This document shows positions 34,440-48,359 of a stretch of 64,000 nt of DNA, piece after piece (within the stretch, counting starts at the first letter, position 1; every line of letters begins with the position of its first letter). Under the pieces are notes generated by a model. The model did not search any database and had not been told where the DNA came from. It worked only from the letters and a program-made list of their open reading frames with translations. This DNA is from Anolis carolinensis (Eukaryota): assembly GCF_035594765.1 (NCBI RefSeq), contig NC_085842.1, positions 40,834,782-40,898,781 of the forward strand. The letters run 5' to 3'. Made by a program: the position numbers and the translations under genes.

Positions 34440-37400
34440 CTAGATATTAGAAAAGGGGGACTGCAGTACAATGCCTTGGCTTTTGCTTCTGACATATTTG
34501 CTTGTACCAAGAGACATGCACAATCAATCCCTTTGAGCGGCAACACTCAGAGAGTCCTAAGATACAAACTTAGCACGAGTTTTCCTCAGGACAAAGGCCA
34601 ATGCTTTTAATTTAACAGATACGGAAATTGGTTTGAGAAAGAGACAAAGCAAGAAAAAAGAACAGGCTGTTTTCAGTGTTAAAGCTAACCCGACGAGGTT
34701 ATTCTTTACCGTTTTCTCAGTTAGTCTCCAGAATGTGAACATGTTTCCCTTGGCTAGGTGGATCTGTCAGCACCTGCCTTTGTAAGCATAGGTTAAGGTG
34801 CTACTGCTTGGCATCCTGTCTATGACTGGGTAACTGAGCCTCCACCCTCACTCAAGCCCCAAAGGCCTCTTCTGTAATAATTTGTGAAAATAATCAGCAG
34901 ATAAAATCTGTCGGAAGACTGCATTCTTGCTTTAAGTCTCCGAGTATGTAATTAAAAACAAACATGAAAAGTGCAGCACATTGTTCAGCACAACAAGGCC
35001 GGGTCCCCGGAGATCCCATTTGTAATATCCATGTTTATGATGTGTACACATCTCCTGCTCAGCATATCCTGTTGCAGTAGCTGGGGGCCCTACCTAAATA
35101 ATCTATCTCAAACATTACATTCTGTGATGTCCTGGGATGATTCTTGTGAAGTGGAGACAGCTAGTAATAGGGAACATGGGAGTGTTAACAACCCCTCTTC
35201 TTGATCCCAGAATACATTTTACAGAACATCAGAGGTGGGAAATAGTCAACACCTTTAGTCCTAAGTTCTCCATACTCAACAGATAGTTAAATCACTTTCC
35301 AAGATAGGTTCTGTCATTCAATATGTGAATTTGCCTGCAGGAAAACATTCAGTATGGACCTATATCTTCTAAAATGTAAGAGTGCAATAAGAATGCAGCA
35401 CTATCTACATAAAATAAAGTGTATTATCTTGGAGGTATCTCCTTTTCTTCTAAGAAAAACAAGTACCTCCTTTCTGTTGATGACATTTGAAGAATAGCAA
35501 GCTTTAGACAACATTTGAAGAATAGCAAGCTTGGACAATGTGTAGCTAGCTCTCTGGATGCTTTAGAAATGCATTCTTTGCCATTGGCAATGGTTGCTAG
35601 GGCTGCTGAGAGGTGATATTGAAGAGGTGGAACGATTTCCACCTCTCCTTTAGACAACCTCTTAAATTGTGCACAGTCTGTAATGACTTGGCAACCTATA
35701 TTATCAGCAGTTGCCAAATCACATACACCCTGAAAATTACATCTGACACAGAGATACGCTTGAGGTCATAGCAGATCTGGCAGCAGAGGAGGAAAGACAT
35801 TTATACAATAAAAGATATTTCAAGGAATGCCACACATGTTATATCTACCACAATGATAACACCAAAAACAGACTTGACACATATCAAATGACTGCATCCC
35901 TGATTCTTTTATTTAGAACATAGAAAGCTGTCTGATAACAAGACAAGTTAAGGTATTCATCCATCTACCCAAGGACCACTTGCTGTTATCATCAACAGCT
36001 CTTTAGACCATCAGGAAAATATTTCTGATATCATTTGCTCCTTGATCCTTTACCTGTTTTCTTTTTGAACTGAAGATAATACAGAATTATTCTTTTACAG
36101 ACATTCTGCATGTCCTACTGTTAAATATGGTCCATCCTAGCATCATTTCCTCACTGAGAGCCCACATGAGAACCAATTTTAGCTTGGTCCCACATATATC
36201 TTCTATAAGAGTTTCTATTTCATATGCAGCCCTACATGAAGTGTCAGCAGAAGATATAGCTCCTAACACAGTGGTGCCACCCTCAAAATACAAGTCCTTC
36301 TCTCAACGATTTGAGAGATCTATTTGGTACTAGGCATTCATAGTATTCCAGCAAGCTTTTGTAATGATAATTTTTGTTTCAGACTTAAGTGACACTATTG
36401 CAAAATGCTGGTAATCTGAATTCATTAATATTACTAATCCTTTAAAAACTCAAATCTGGTTTTATTATATTATGTTGATTATTTGTTATTAATCGCTGCT
36501 GTCCTTTCTTTGAGGCATATGATTGAATGCAGACCAATGAAGTAATTTAAAAAACCTTACCAGCATGTGCAGGTTGTTAAATGGTATTTATGATAATAAA
36601 CAGTTCTCAACAGCATAGATTGAAGGCATTTTAGTCAAATTTAGAGTAATTTACATTCATCATGATGAGCGTAATTGTACTTCTTTAGTTAATATGACTT
36701 AAATTAGTCATGATTTCAATGGATCCAGTCTAAATCCAGCCTCATGTCCAGAGATGCTATAATGATGCGATATTTACTAGCCATACATCCTTGACTTCAT
36801 GGTGAATGCATCCAGATCATTGAAAAATTACTTTTTGGAATGTAATTCCCAGGACTGTTCTGGCCATGCTGGTTGGCAACAATAGCTCAACCAGTAACTT
36901 TTCTAAGCTTTGCTTCTCACAGTCATCATTTCAACACAGTAAGAGGAACAAGAGTCCTTGTACTAAAGGGTGACACTCACCACGTGTGTCTTTAACAGCT
37001 ACAGAATATGCTCACGATACTGTTTTTCCCATTTCCCCCATGGAGCAGTTGCATGGATCACTGTAACATATACTTTAAATGAAGAACTGCAAAGGCAAAG
37101 TGTCCAATGATCTATGTTTAGCACCCTCCCCATGCACCACTATGTTATTGCTCTTCACCAGCAGTCAATCTGTTCAATCAAGAATGCTTCTTGTTAGAAA
37201 CAATGAAATGACAGGGTTACCAATAAAATCTCAGTGCCACTTACTTTGCATTTATAGTGCATCCTTCAACTGATCTCTGAACAGAGTAGCCAACAGAGTT
37301 GAACATGAAGGAGGAGATGCAACCAATTTAATGATGATTTAACCAACGTGAAGCTTGCCCATGTAGCATGCAGTTAGCTGTGTGAAATCTGAAGCCAAAT

Positions 37401-38096
37401 CTTCCAGTTATTCCTCTTTTTTGGATCATAGTTCTCAGGTAGCTTCTGAATGGTTATGCTCCAAGTCAAATGCTCCCTGTCAATGTCTAACTGCATCCTT
37501 GCTTGGCAGATCCTGCAACACTCAAGATTTCCTACTACTAAGCAAGCATTTGTACCCAACGTGCCCTTCGAGCAGTACGATCCCAGAAATAATTTATCTT
37601 CCCTGGCTGCCAAATTATGTCACAGCAGTCCCTCAGGTAATAAGCCATAAAGACAATGATCGCAGACAGGAAGAGACAAAAAGTCTGACTATCAGATCAT
37701 CAGGTTATCATGTGAGTAAAATAGTTGTTTCCTGGCCATTGGACAAAAAAAAAAAATCTGTGCAAAAGCTTTCAAGTATTTCTTCTGGGAAGTTTTAATT
37801 TCATGTTGCAAGACCTACTGGAGTTTTCTCCCATCAGATTAAGGGGAGGGGAAAAAGTTCTGCATGGGATAAGTAAATGAATTTGGAAAATTAACCCAAC
37901 CAGAAAAAAAGAAAGGTAAGTGCTGACTTGTACCTCATCTCCTAGAATGAACTACAGATAGTTAAAGCAAGTTGGATCTGCTTTATTTTATTTTTATTTA
38001 TTTACTTTATTTATATCTTGCCTTTTTCATGATATAGGGATTCAAGATGGCTGAAAATATCTATAAATATAATGCATGCTCATAAAAGCAAATATA

Positions 38097-38098
<2 letters not shown>

Positions 38099-38138
<40 letters not shown>
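38099..38138. repeat. (AT)n microsatellite
   Basis: Direct reading. Confidence 0.95.
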
Positions 38139-38140
<2 letters not shown>

Positions 38141-38316
38141 GATAGTAAAACCATTAGTATTGAAGAAATCAATTTTTTTAGAACTTTATCACCACCTTAA
38201 AATTGCAATCATACTATGATTAAATGCAAGTTGGGACAAGGTCATCCTGGCCTTGATAGGAAGGGAGTTTCATAATCTGGAAGCAGCCACTGAGAAGGCC
38301 TTCTTATGTTCCAGAC

Positions 38317-38455
38317 CAGGGGTCCCCAAACTAAGGCCCGGGGGCCGGATGCGGCCCATCGAAGCCATTTATCCGGCCCCCACGGCACAAGGGCAAAAGA
38401 AGGTTGGGCTAAATGATCCAAGGGGTCTCTTCCAACCCTCTTATTATTATTATTA

Positions 38456-38499
<44 letters not shown>

Positions 38500-38853
38500 T
38501 TATTATGACACAGCAAACAAGATAGATATGCTGGATTTCATATCACAAAATCACAAGTCGAACACTTCCCAAGTGTCTAGGACTGTGTGATGTATTTTCG
38601 GATGATGCGCGCAGATCCCAGTAGGGTGGCCTTTTGCAGCTGGCAGATCGTGATTTTGTCAATGTCTATTGTTTCCAAATGCCGGCTGAGATCTTTTGGC
38701 ACGGCACCCAGTGTGCCCATCACCACCGGGACCACCTGCACTGGTTTCTGCCAGAGTCTTTGAAGTTCAATCTTGAGGTTCTGATAGCGGCTGAATTTTT
38801 CCTGTTGTTTTTTGTCAATGCGACTGTCACCTGGGATGGCGACATCAATAATC

Positions 38854-38908
<55 letters not shown>

Positions 38909-39014
38909 ATTGAAGCTGGGTGGCCATTTGTCAGGGATGCTTTGCTTGTGCTTTCGGTACACAAAGGCAGAAGGGGATTAGACTCAATGGTCCAAACGGT
39001 CTCTTCCAACCCTC

Positions 39015-39072
<58 letters not shown>

Positions 39073-39158
39073 TGCTCAGTGGCCAACTATAGTTCGGCCC
39101 TCCAACAGTCTGAAGTATCGTGAACTGGCCCCCTGCTTAAAAAGTTTGGGGACCCCTG
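38317..39158. mobile_element. Non-autonomous hAT (Charlie-like) element carrying CR1-like tails, microsatellites and the R4 fragment
   Basis: TIRs CAGGGGTCCCCAAAC / GTTTGGGGACCCCTG; 8-bp TSD TTCCAGAC. Confidence 0.88.
38500..38853 (-). mobile_element. R4/Dong-clade LINE 3' fragment (restriction-like endonuclease end) in a (TAA)n array
   Basis: Reads IIDVAIPGDSRIDKKQQEKFSRYQNLKIELQRLWQKPVQVVPVVMGTLGAVP...LQKATLLGSARIIRKYITQS*; (TAT)n on both sides. Confidence 0.8.
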
Positions 39159-40180
39159 TTCCAGACAATGCTCCATTGAAGTAAAACCCACAAAAGCCAT
39201 CCTGTCACATGTGTTCTCACCCTTTCACAAATAGTCATCCATCTTCCCTAGATACCTCCCTTGCTATACAGTAAATCCTAGAGGTCATCACCAAGTGATG
39301 CATTCATAAGCCCTTGGAATCAACTCATGTTCCTCCAGATTGCTTGTGAAGTTGATCAATTAGGACTTATAATTTTACAATATGTGCTCTCACACTTCCC
39401 AGCTTACTATCATATCCAATATCATCACGTCAATACGTTTTAGGGTGCATCTATGAATTCATGCACTTTGACATCACTTTAAATGCCCTGCCTCCATACT
39501 ATGGAATCATGGGAGTTGTAGCTTTGTGAGGCCCAGCACTCTTTGGTAGAGAAAGCTAAGGGCTTTGTAAAACTACAGCTCCCATGACTCCATAGCAGTT
39601 ACAGTAGTATCAAATTGCGTTAATTCTACAGTGTAGCTGCACTTTGGGGTTCACATACTGCCACAATACATCCTGAATGATCCTTAAAGACCGAGATATC
39701 TACTAACTATTTTCATGTGCTTTTTTGTCCCCAGTATATCCCTACAAACACCTGTCTTACTCAACACAAACTGAAAGAACCTTCTACAGACTGAAGGCTC
39801 AGGTTGGGTAATAATGAATTTTAAGAAAGGCAGGTACAGAACAGCATTTCAAAGTAAACATATACTGGCAATACCAGCAAGAATCCAAGGGGATGTCTGG
39901 TTAATTTAATTTTACCTTGTTTATTTTTTAAGTGAAAATGTCTTGCCCACTTTTCAGGAGAATCAAAAAGTGGCATTTAGTAAAAAAAAAAAATCAAACA
40001 GTAACAAAGTAGAGAAGCAACAACAACACAAATGATATTACAAAAAATAACAAGGAGCAACGAATTATAGTGACAGAAGCAACAAGAGAAAGCAGAATAA
40101 AAAAAGGAGCCAAACAAGACACTAGTCAAAATTATCACTTTGGAGAAACAAAAGGTAAGTCTGAAAACCACTTTCTCTTA

Positions 40181-40307
40181 GGCCCCTTCCACACAGCTGT
40201 ATAAAATCCCACATTATCTGTTTTAAACTCAGATAACCTAGTTCAAAGCAGATATTGTGGATTATCTACCTTAATATTCTGGGTTATATGTCTGTGTGGA
40301 AGGGCCC
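40181..40307. mobile_element. Harbinger-like MITE
   Basis: TIRs GGCCCCTTCCACACAG / CTGTGTGGAAGGGCCC; TTA/TAA flanks. Confidence 0.75.
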
Positions 40308-40398
40308 TAAGAGAGGTGTAGAAGTTCAGAATATAATAAGAAGAGGGAAAAAAATATGTTCTGAGGTTGCTAAGATCTATGGAAAGAACGAATCTTCC

Positions 40399-41050
40399 TC
40401 TGCAGGAGTCTACCGGATACCATGCAGCTGTGGACAAGTCTACATAGGAACCACCAAACGTAGCACCCAAACACGAGTCAAAGAACATGAAAGGCACTGC
40501 AGACTAATTCAACCAGAGAAATCAGCCATAGCAGAGCACTTGATGAACCAACCTGGACACAGTATATTATTTGAGAACACAGAAATGTTTGACCACTCCA
40601 ACAACTATCATGTCAGACTACACAGAGAAGCCATTGAAATCCACAAGCATGTGGACAACTTCAACAGAAAGGAGGAAACCATGAAAATGAACAAAATCTG
40701 ACTACCAGTATTAAAAAACTCAAAATCAGAACAGTAGATGGGAAGCAACACTCTGAAGGCAGAGGAGCCCCAAGGATGGCTAATGACTCTGAACAAAGGA
40801 TACCCCCCAGGCAAGATACAAACCTTTCCAATGCTAATTAGGGTGATTAACTGAAACATTAACACTGGCTTCCAACTGACAAAAGACTCTTGTCACACCC
40901 TGGACTCTCCACAGATATATATTTACCTTCCTTGCCTAGTTTATCCATGCCTCACAACCTCTGAAGATGCCTGCCATAGATGTGGGCGAAACGTCAGGAG
41001 AGAATATTTCTAGAACATGGCCACACAGCCCGAAAGACATACAACAACCC
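40399..41050 (+). mobile_element. 5'-truncated Penelope-like element (GIY-YIG endonuclease region plus pLTR)
   Basis: SAGVYRIPCSCGQVYIGTTKR...EHERH...REAIEI GIY-YIG motifs; probable W-to-stop at 40699-40701; near-perfect 12-bp TSD AAC(G/A)AATCTTCC at 40387-40398 and 41051-41062. Confidence 0.9.
40958..40999 (+). ncRNA. Minimal hammerhead ribozyme motif in Penelope 3' end
   Basis: CCT-CTGAAGA-TGCCTGCCATAGATGTGGGC-GAAA-CGTC-AGG. Confidence 0.75.
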
Positions 41051-42812
41051 AACAAATCTTCCATCTGTGAAATTAAGAAGACTTTGTTTTGCTACAATAA
41101 CTGTATGGATAGTAGGAGGCATTGTTCAAAAGTGATTGTTTATCTGTGGATAGATATAGATAGACAGGAAGGCAGATTAATTTTTTAAAATTAAAAATAT
41201 TAATCATTGCGCAGGGAAGAATATCAGATCATAGTCTGAGGTTGTTCCAAGATATTAGCCATCATTTCTGGTTAATGAGAAACTATTGTTCATGTAAGAC
41301 TTCTTAGTTTATCTGCAAGATTTCGTATAAGGGCTACATGCAGAGGGAAACGATTAGTTCATTCCTTGGCTAGTTAAAACAAGATTCAATATACACAACC
41401 TCCAATGGTCTCAGTTATCTTTTCAGAATACAGGTAACTGCCCTTCAAGAAATCTATCTCATCAGACTGATTGTTCTGTAATCTGACCAGCAGAAGATCT
41501 CTAGATTTCAGGTTGATCTTCCACATCATCTGCAACATGGTTCTTTCAACTATTGATGGCAGACATTGCACTTGAACCCACCTATGCCTATGAAACTATG
41601 ACCACAGTCTGGTAAAATACCTCTGTATATTTAAATAGCTTTAACAATATTCATATAATTTAATCCAAATTGAAGGCCACAGGACACAAGATCTTAGATT
41701 AGATGTAGCCAAAGACATGGTGCAAAGGTTTTATCAGGCAGAGGTTTACAATTTTGGCAGAAGTAAAGATTATTATTAGAGCAGGTCTCATCTTGCATCA
41801 AATAGTCTCTGGGATGATCTTTTAGTAACAGCAAATTTCATCAACCAGTCAAAGCAAAGCAAGACTAAATAAATATTGATCTATTGTTCTTCTTTCAAAA
41901 ATACTATTTTCCCATTTTTCTATAGAGAGGGGCTGTTCAGACAACATGTAGTTAAAGGGAGACATCAGCAGCAAGAACGTAATAAGCATGTTGGAAATTA
42001 ACAATTCCTTCAAGCACTAAAGGAAAGAAATGGAGTGGTGGTGGGGGGAAGACTTGTAAAATGAAACAAGGAGAAGATTCCTTTCAAGCTGAGCCAAATT
42101 TATTCAAAGGAATTTAGGAAAATAATTACGTTTGCCCCATAATACATGTACGTTGCTTCATCAGCCTTATTTAGTATTCCTCTGTTGTTTTTCTCCTCCC
42201 CTCAAATTTCAAAGTTCTTGGGTTTTAAAAGCCATATCTACATGTTTCTTAAGGATGACTACACTCTTAGAGGAATTCTTTAAAGACTGTGGGCAGTTCT
42301 TGGGGACCCAACCCCTTATATTTATTATTTATATTGTTGGAACAAAAGACATCCGCCTGCAGAGAACATGGAATAATAAATTGACACTGCAGTGCCTTGA
42401 ACCATTATATCAGAAGAGTTCATAGCTCTTTTTCTCACCCCAAGGCTAAATGTCTTGTCTGCAAAAATGGCAATAGCCTACGCTTTTGAAGGAGAAACCC
42501 AAGCTTAAGTGCTTTGAACATATTTCTTCTCAGGTGAGGCTGCTTGCTTATGCTAACTTCTGTCTTCAGTTCCAAGGATTCAAATATGCGGATACTCAAG
42601 ATCTGATTAAGAGTCAGAAACCATGCTCATATACTTAGGATCCTAGGGAATCTGGCCTGAGTGGCATAATTCAAAATCTCTTTACTTTCAGATGAATCCA
42701 ACTGGAATTACTCCTATGCCTAATTCTCCCTTCACAATCATAGTGTAGGCTGACTACTATACATTCAGAAAAAGCAAGGAGGAATGACCCATTAGGACTG
42801 GGTTATTCTATA

Positions 42813-43203
42813 TAGTGTTCCTTCGCTACTTCACGGTTCACTTTTTGCTCCCTCGCTGTTTCATGAGTTTTCAATTAATATTAATGTACACATTTATCGC
42901 TGTATTTTCACTGGTTTTTGCGGTGTGCAAAGGGTTTTGGAGGGGGGAAAGGAAGAAATAAAGGGAGGGTGAGGGTAGGGAAGGGTTGGAAATAAAAAAG
43001 GGGTATTTAGCTTCCATTCTTTTTCTCTGCCAGTGTACTGTATATTGTAACTGCTAAAATAAAGTACAGACTGCATTACAGTGAGTGGTCTTTGGTTTGC
43101 TCTCCTCCACACATAGAATAAATATAGTGTCCCTACTTTGTGGATTTTCACTTATTGCGGGTGGTCCTGGAATGTAACCACTGCAATAAGTGAGGGAACA
43201 CTG
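42813..43203 (-). mobile_element. Tc1/mariner (Tigger-like) non-autonomous element, copy 1
   Basis: TIR CAGTGTTCCCTC with TA flanks; reverse-complement homologue of 44600-45004. Confidence 0.8.
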
Positions 43204-43297
43204 TAGTGCAAATAGGTGATGGACTTATGGCTGAATATTCTATACTGTCAAAAACCCTGGATATCCAGAAAAATAAGAGTTCTGCCTGCTAGCTGGC

Positions 43298-44553
43298 ATT
43301 TGCTCAGCCACTTTTGACTCTTCGTGACCTCATGGACCAGCCCACACCAGAGCTCCCTGTCCGCCGTGACCACCCCCAGCTCCTTCAAGGTCAAGCCAGT
43401 CACTTCAAGGATACCGTCCATCTTGCCCTTGGTCAACCCCTCTTCCTTTTCCCATCCATTTTCCCCAGCATCATCATCTTCTCCGAGCTTTCCTATCTTT
43501 TCATTATGTGGCCAAAATACTTAATCTTTGCTTCTAATATCCTTTCCTCCAGTGAGCAGTTCAGTGTTATTTCCTGGAGTATGAACTGGTTGGATCTTCT
43601 CGTGGTCCAAGGCACTCTCAGAATTTTCCTCCAACACTACAGTTCAAAAGCATCAATCTTCCTTTGCTCAGCCTTTCTTATAGTCCAGCTCTCGCATCCA
43701 TAGGTTACTACAGAAAATACCATTGCTTTCACTAAATGGACTCTTGTTGACAGTGTGATGTCTGTACTCTTCACTATTCTATTGAGGTTGGTCATTGCTC
43801 TCCTCCCAAGAAGTAAACATATTCTGATTTCCTGGCTGCAGTCTGCATCTGCAGTAATCTTTGTGCCTAGAAATATAAAGTCTGTCACTGCCTCCATGCT
43901 TTCTTCCTCTATTTGTCAGTTATCAATCAGTCTGATTAACATAATCATGGTTTTCTTGATGTTTAACTGCAGCCCAGCTTTTGCACTTTCTTCTTTCACC
44001 TTGGTGATAAGGCTCCTCAGCTCCTCCTCGCTTTCAGCCATCGAAGTGGCATCATCTGCATTTCTAAGGTTGTTAATGTTTCTTCCAGCAATTTTAACCT
44101 CAGCCTTGGATTTATCAAGCCCCGCACATTGTATGATGTATTTTGCATACAAATTGAACAGGTAGAGTGAGAGTATACAGCCCTTCCTCCATTAGCCAGT
44201 ATATATTGGCAATTTGGTCTCTCGTTCCTCTGCCTTTTCTAAACCCAGCATGTACATCTGGCAACTCTTGCTCCATATATTTCTAGAGTCTACCTCACAA
44301 GATCTTGAGCATTACCTTACTGGAATGTGAAATAAGTGCCATTGTACAAAAGTTTGAGAATTCTTTAGCATTTCCCTTTTTTGATATAGGGATATAAACT
44401 GATTTTTTCCAATCTGATGGCCATTCTTGTGTTTTCCATATTTGCTGACATATGGCATGCATCCCCTTGTCAGCATCCTCTTTCAAGGTTTTAAACAGTT
44501 CAACTGGCATCCTGCCATCTCCCACTGCCTTGTTATTAGCAATGCTTCTTAAG
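43298..44553 (-). mobile_element. RTE Bov-B LINE fragment (RT C-terminus and 3' end), degenerate, with an internal deletion near 44185
   Basis: Peptides AGRNINNLRNADD, FIFLGTKITADADCSQEIR, KAMVFSVVTYGCESWTIRKAE, IWKTQEWPSDWKKSVYIPI. Confidence 0.92.
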
Positions 44554-44599
44554 AAGCTAACTGGCATAGGACTCTGGTATAACTATGAAAATTGTTTTA

Positions 44600-45004
44600 C
44601 AGTGTTCCCTTACTTATTGCGGGGGTCACGTTCCAGGACCACCCGCAATATGTGAAAATCCGCGAAGTAGGGACACTATATTTATTCTATGTATGGAGGA
44701 GAGCAAACCACAGACCACTTACTACAGTGCAGTTTGTACTTTATTTTAGCAGTTACAATATACAGTACACTGGCAGAAAAGATGAATGGAAGCTAAATAC
44801 CCCTTTATTTCCAACCCTTCCCTACTCCCCCCTCCCTTTATTTCTCCCTTATTTCTCCCTTTCCCCCTTCCAAAACCTTTGCACACCGCAATAACCCATG
44901 AAAGAGTGAAAATACCATGATAAATGGTTACATTAATATTAATTGAAATCCCGCAAAACAGTGAGGGAGCGAAAAGTGAAACGCAAAGGAGCGAGGGAAC
45001 ACTG
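44600..45004 (+). mobile_element. Tc1/mariner (Tigger-like) non-autonomous element, copy 2
   Basis: TA-CAGTGTTCCCT ... GAGGGAACACTG-TA. Confidence 0.8.
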
Positions 45005-45965
45005 TATATTTATTGTTAGCCACCTTGACTCCCTAGGAGAAAAGTGGGATTAAAACAAAGTAAATAAATAAAATAATATAATTATAAGTCAGAATTCTGT
45101 TGCAAGCAATTTTGAGTAATTCCTTTGTTTAAAAATGGTACATGTCTTTATTTAAAATCCAAAGAAGAAATTTGTGATGTGTGAAAGTGCCCCAAGACAA
45201 AAATTGTCAAAACCAGTCCTAACTGGGAGCCATAAAGTAATAAGAGTTTCATCTTCCAGGGAAAAGGAGAAATTGTGATCTCCTTTTGTGTCTCTGTCAT
45301 TAAAAAACAAATATTGGTTCTTCCAAATTACTACATTCAGTACTGAGTAGTAACCATTTCCCCACGTGCTAGGAGGCATGCTGATAGAGCTGAGCCCTCC
45401 CACTGACAAGTTTGTAGGGCAAGCTCTAGACCCAATGAACTGACCCAATGAACTGTGTTTGCATTGGTTTTCTGACAATTAAAGTAGTATTTTTTTTTCT
45501 GCTAGTCCAAGTTACTAGAGGGTCAGCCTTTTCCTGGCCTGGGTGATGAACGTGGAATTTCTATCTATGCAGCCAGGCACAACATTTAGTTTAAGCCATG
45601 CCAACAGGCTACTGAAGGCAGAATAAAGGAATGTAAATGACATAATTATGTCAATAGATATGGAAATGTCTGACTCCTCTGCCATGTTCCTCCAAACTAA
45701 GGGAAAACTAGATTTCGCTGGAAGCTGGAACCTAGGGCAGAATCTAATGAACCTGAAACTAGCTCCCATACTGAGAAAAGAAAAGACACCAACAAGGCTT
45801 CCAATTACAGCAATAAAATCATTGCTCTTTACCGACACATCTAGAAGGCCCAGTAATTGACACACATTATCCAAATCTAGGCAGGACACAAGTCCAATTA
45901 TGTGTAATTGCACTCATGCATAGTTATGTAGTTGACACTATATGCCACTCTTCCATTTATTACTA

Positions 45966-45967
<2 letters not shown>

Positions 45968-46002
<35 letters not shown>
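45968..46002. repeat. (GT)n microsatellite
   Basis: Direct reading. Confidence 0.95.
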
Positions 46003-46003
<1 letters not shown>

Positions 46004-47051
46004 CAGAACTCATGACAACTCCTAAGCTTTGCTGTCTCAGCCATCATTACCACCCAAAAGCATGAACATTAAAAAAATCTGTATGACAAGAAACTGAAGG
46101 ATTGATTTGTTTAGTAGCATGGATAGGACATTTGGCTGATATAATGACTGACACCACATGGTTGCCTTGATTACCAGAGCAACTATCGTTATAAACAAGA
46201 ATAATGATTTGCATTTAATCCCTAAGTATGCATGAAGAAGATAGGAACTGCATACCCCATGGAATCTGTTTTGGGAAAAGAAAGTGCAGTGGTTAAAGAA
46301 ATACCATATCTACATGTGTATAATTTGATGCCATCTATAAATTAAAGGCCAGTTTTGGGGCCAAAATTGGGGATTTTGATATAACCTGTGGATAGGTCAA
46401 TTGCTATCCACAAAAGAGGACCAGCATTTGACTGCCCAGGAATTCAGAAAGGCCTTTTGCCAGTCTGTTCAAAAAAGAGAATGGCTCCTTTTCTGATAAA
46501 CACAAAACCTCATTATTAACTCTTCTTTTAAATAAAGAAACCATCCCATTCTTTGAGTAGAATGATAAAAGGCAAGATAGTTTGTGCTGGGAAAAACTAA
46601 AAGAAGCACCAACTCCCTCAACTTTTTCTGCCAGACCTTTTGAATACTTGGGGAGGATAGCAGTAGCGGATCTATGGTGCTTCCCCAAAAAGGAACATCG
46701 AAGAGTAGAGGAAGTCTTGTTTCTCCAAGGATGGTCTAAGGTCTCACCTTTTTTCACAAAAGTACTCACACTCATCTGTGAGTAGGTCAACCCACACTTT
46801 GGGGGGTTTCACTAAAATTGCTAGACTTATGCCTGAGTACATACAGTAAAAATAATCCACATATTTATTCTATCAGGAGCTGGTGCTTTCCACGCCATCT
46901 GCATGATGAACTTTTCCCATGATTTAATGCATGATGGAAAGCAATAGGTAAAGAGGACAACCACATTGCAAGTGGACAGATTGAATCAAGAAAGTCATGG
47001 TCCTGATTCTGTAAAACTTGAACAGAGTGATGATAACAAAATGATTTAGGA

Positions 47052-47185
47052 CCGTGCTTCTCAACCTATGAGTCCCCAGGTGTTTTGGCCTACAACTCCC
47101 AGAAATCCCAGCCAGTTAACCAGCTGTTAGTATTTCTGGGCATTGAAGGCTAAAACATCTGGGTACCACAGGTTGAGAATCACTG
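47052..47185. mobile_element. hAT MITE, same family
   Basis: TSD ATTTAGGA/ACTTAGGA. Confidence 0.85.
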
Positions 47186-48359
47186 ACTTAGGAGTTCTCT
47201 CATCCATAGAATAACTGTTAAGCTGTCAACCTGATCGCAAGTAACAACAACACAGAGCCCCATTAAACATAGCTGAATATAGAAGTTAATACAGAATTGC
47301 CTGGGATGGGTTCTTGGGTAGGTGGTCTAAGTTGTTCCTTATAAATGTCAAAGAGCCTTTATCATTTTAATCATTTTTCCAAAGGTCTAAAAAGGACAAC
47401 ATCCTTCAAGTCTCTCCCACCAGAATGGCTGAAAATGTGCAAAATTATGAGAACGTCACCTTTCATTTAAACTGAAAATCTATGAGAGAGAAATATAGGG
47501 AAAGTATGAAATTGCGAAGCACTGCATATTAATTGTATGCCATATAATTTGATTAGCAATGCCATTTTAAAATCCCAGATACAAAACAGCTCCAGAGAAA
47601 GGTGTTATTTTTGTTTTATTGGTACTAAAGCTTGCCCAAGTATCATCCTTTCTGGATCACCTTCTACAGCTTTATATTCCTGACAGATAACACTCATGGG
47701 AAGATAATGTGGAAACTATAGTGTCTGTAAAGCCTCCTTAAGATGGTGCCTATAAGAAACAACTTCAAGATATCAACTTGCAATATGATCACAGGTTGCC
47801 AGTGCAAACACTTATAAACAAGCTCTATCTTCAGAAGATGACTGCTCTCACTGAGTTCTGAGATAAAGGAATGAAATGTAGAAGTGACATTTATGAGGAA
47901 CAACTTAAGCCACCTACCCGAGATCAAATTGCAGGCAACCATTGGCTCATGAAACTGTGTGTTGTAAGGGATTATAACAGATTAATTTCATAATAATAAA
48001 GAGACACAGATACATGCACCCACCCAAATACATGGAATCCCACACTAAGTACCTGGAGAAGAAAAGTTTGGAGAATCAGTGAAGGACAGATGAAGATCTT
48101 CACCAACATGCATACTTTAATGCTGTCTATGATTTCTGAGCTCTACATTACTGTTGTTGTGTGCCTTCAAAAGTCACTTCTGATTTAAGGCAACTGTACA
48201 GTAGAACTGTTACCAGCGTTTCTTAGCAAGATTTGTTCAGAAGAGGCATTGCATTGCTGGAAACTCAGTCTCTATCCAAGACTATGACTTGCCCAAGATC
48301 ACCCAGTGGGGTTCATGGTTGAAGACGGACCGGAAAATACAATTGGTGCAAAGGCTGGC

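Larger units (their letters stand above)
40320..41080 (+). mobile_element. Tigger/pogo (MER44/Tigger7-like) transposase fragment interrupted by the Penelope element
   Basis: Rejoined flanks read KKICSEVAKIYGKNESSICEIKK, resembling the recalled pogo N-terminal HTH. Confidence 0.6.

Noticed and set aside
38253-39184. Poly-Y/L/N/I ORFs in the ORF track (also 9757-10068, 48832-49053, 63648-63996)
   Set aside because: Translations of microsatellites.
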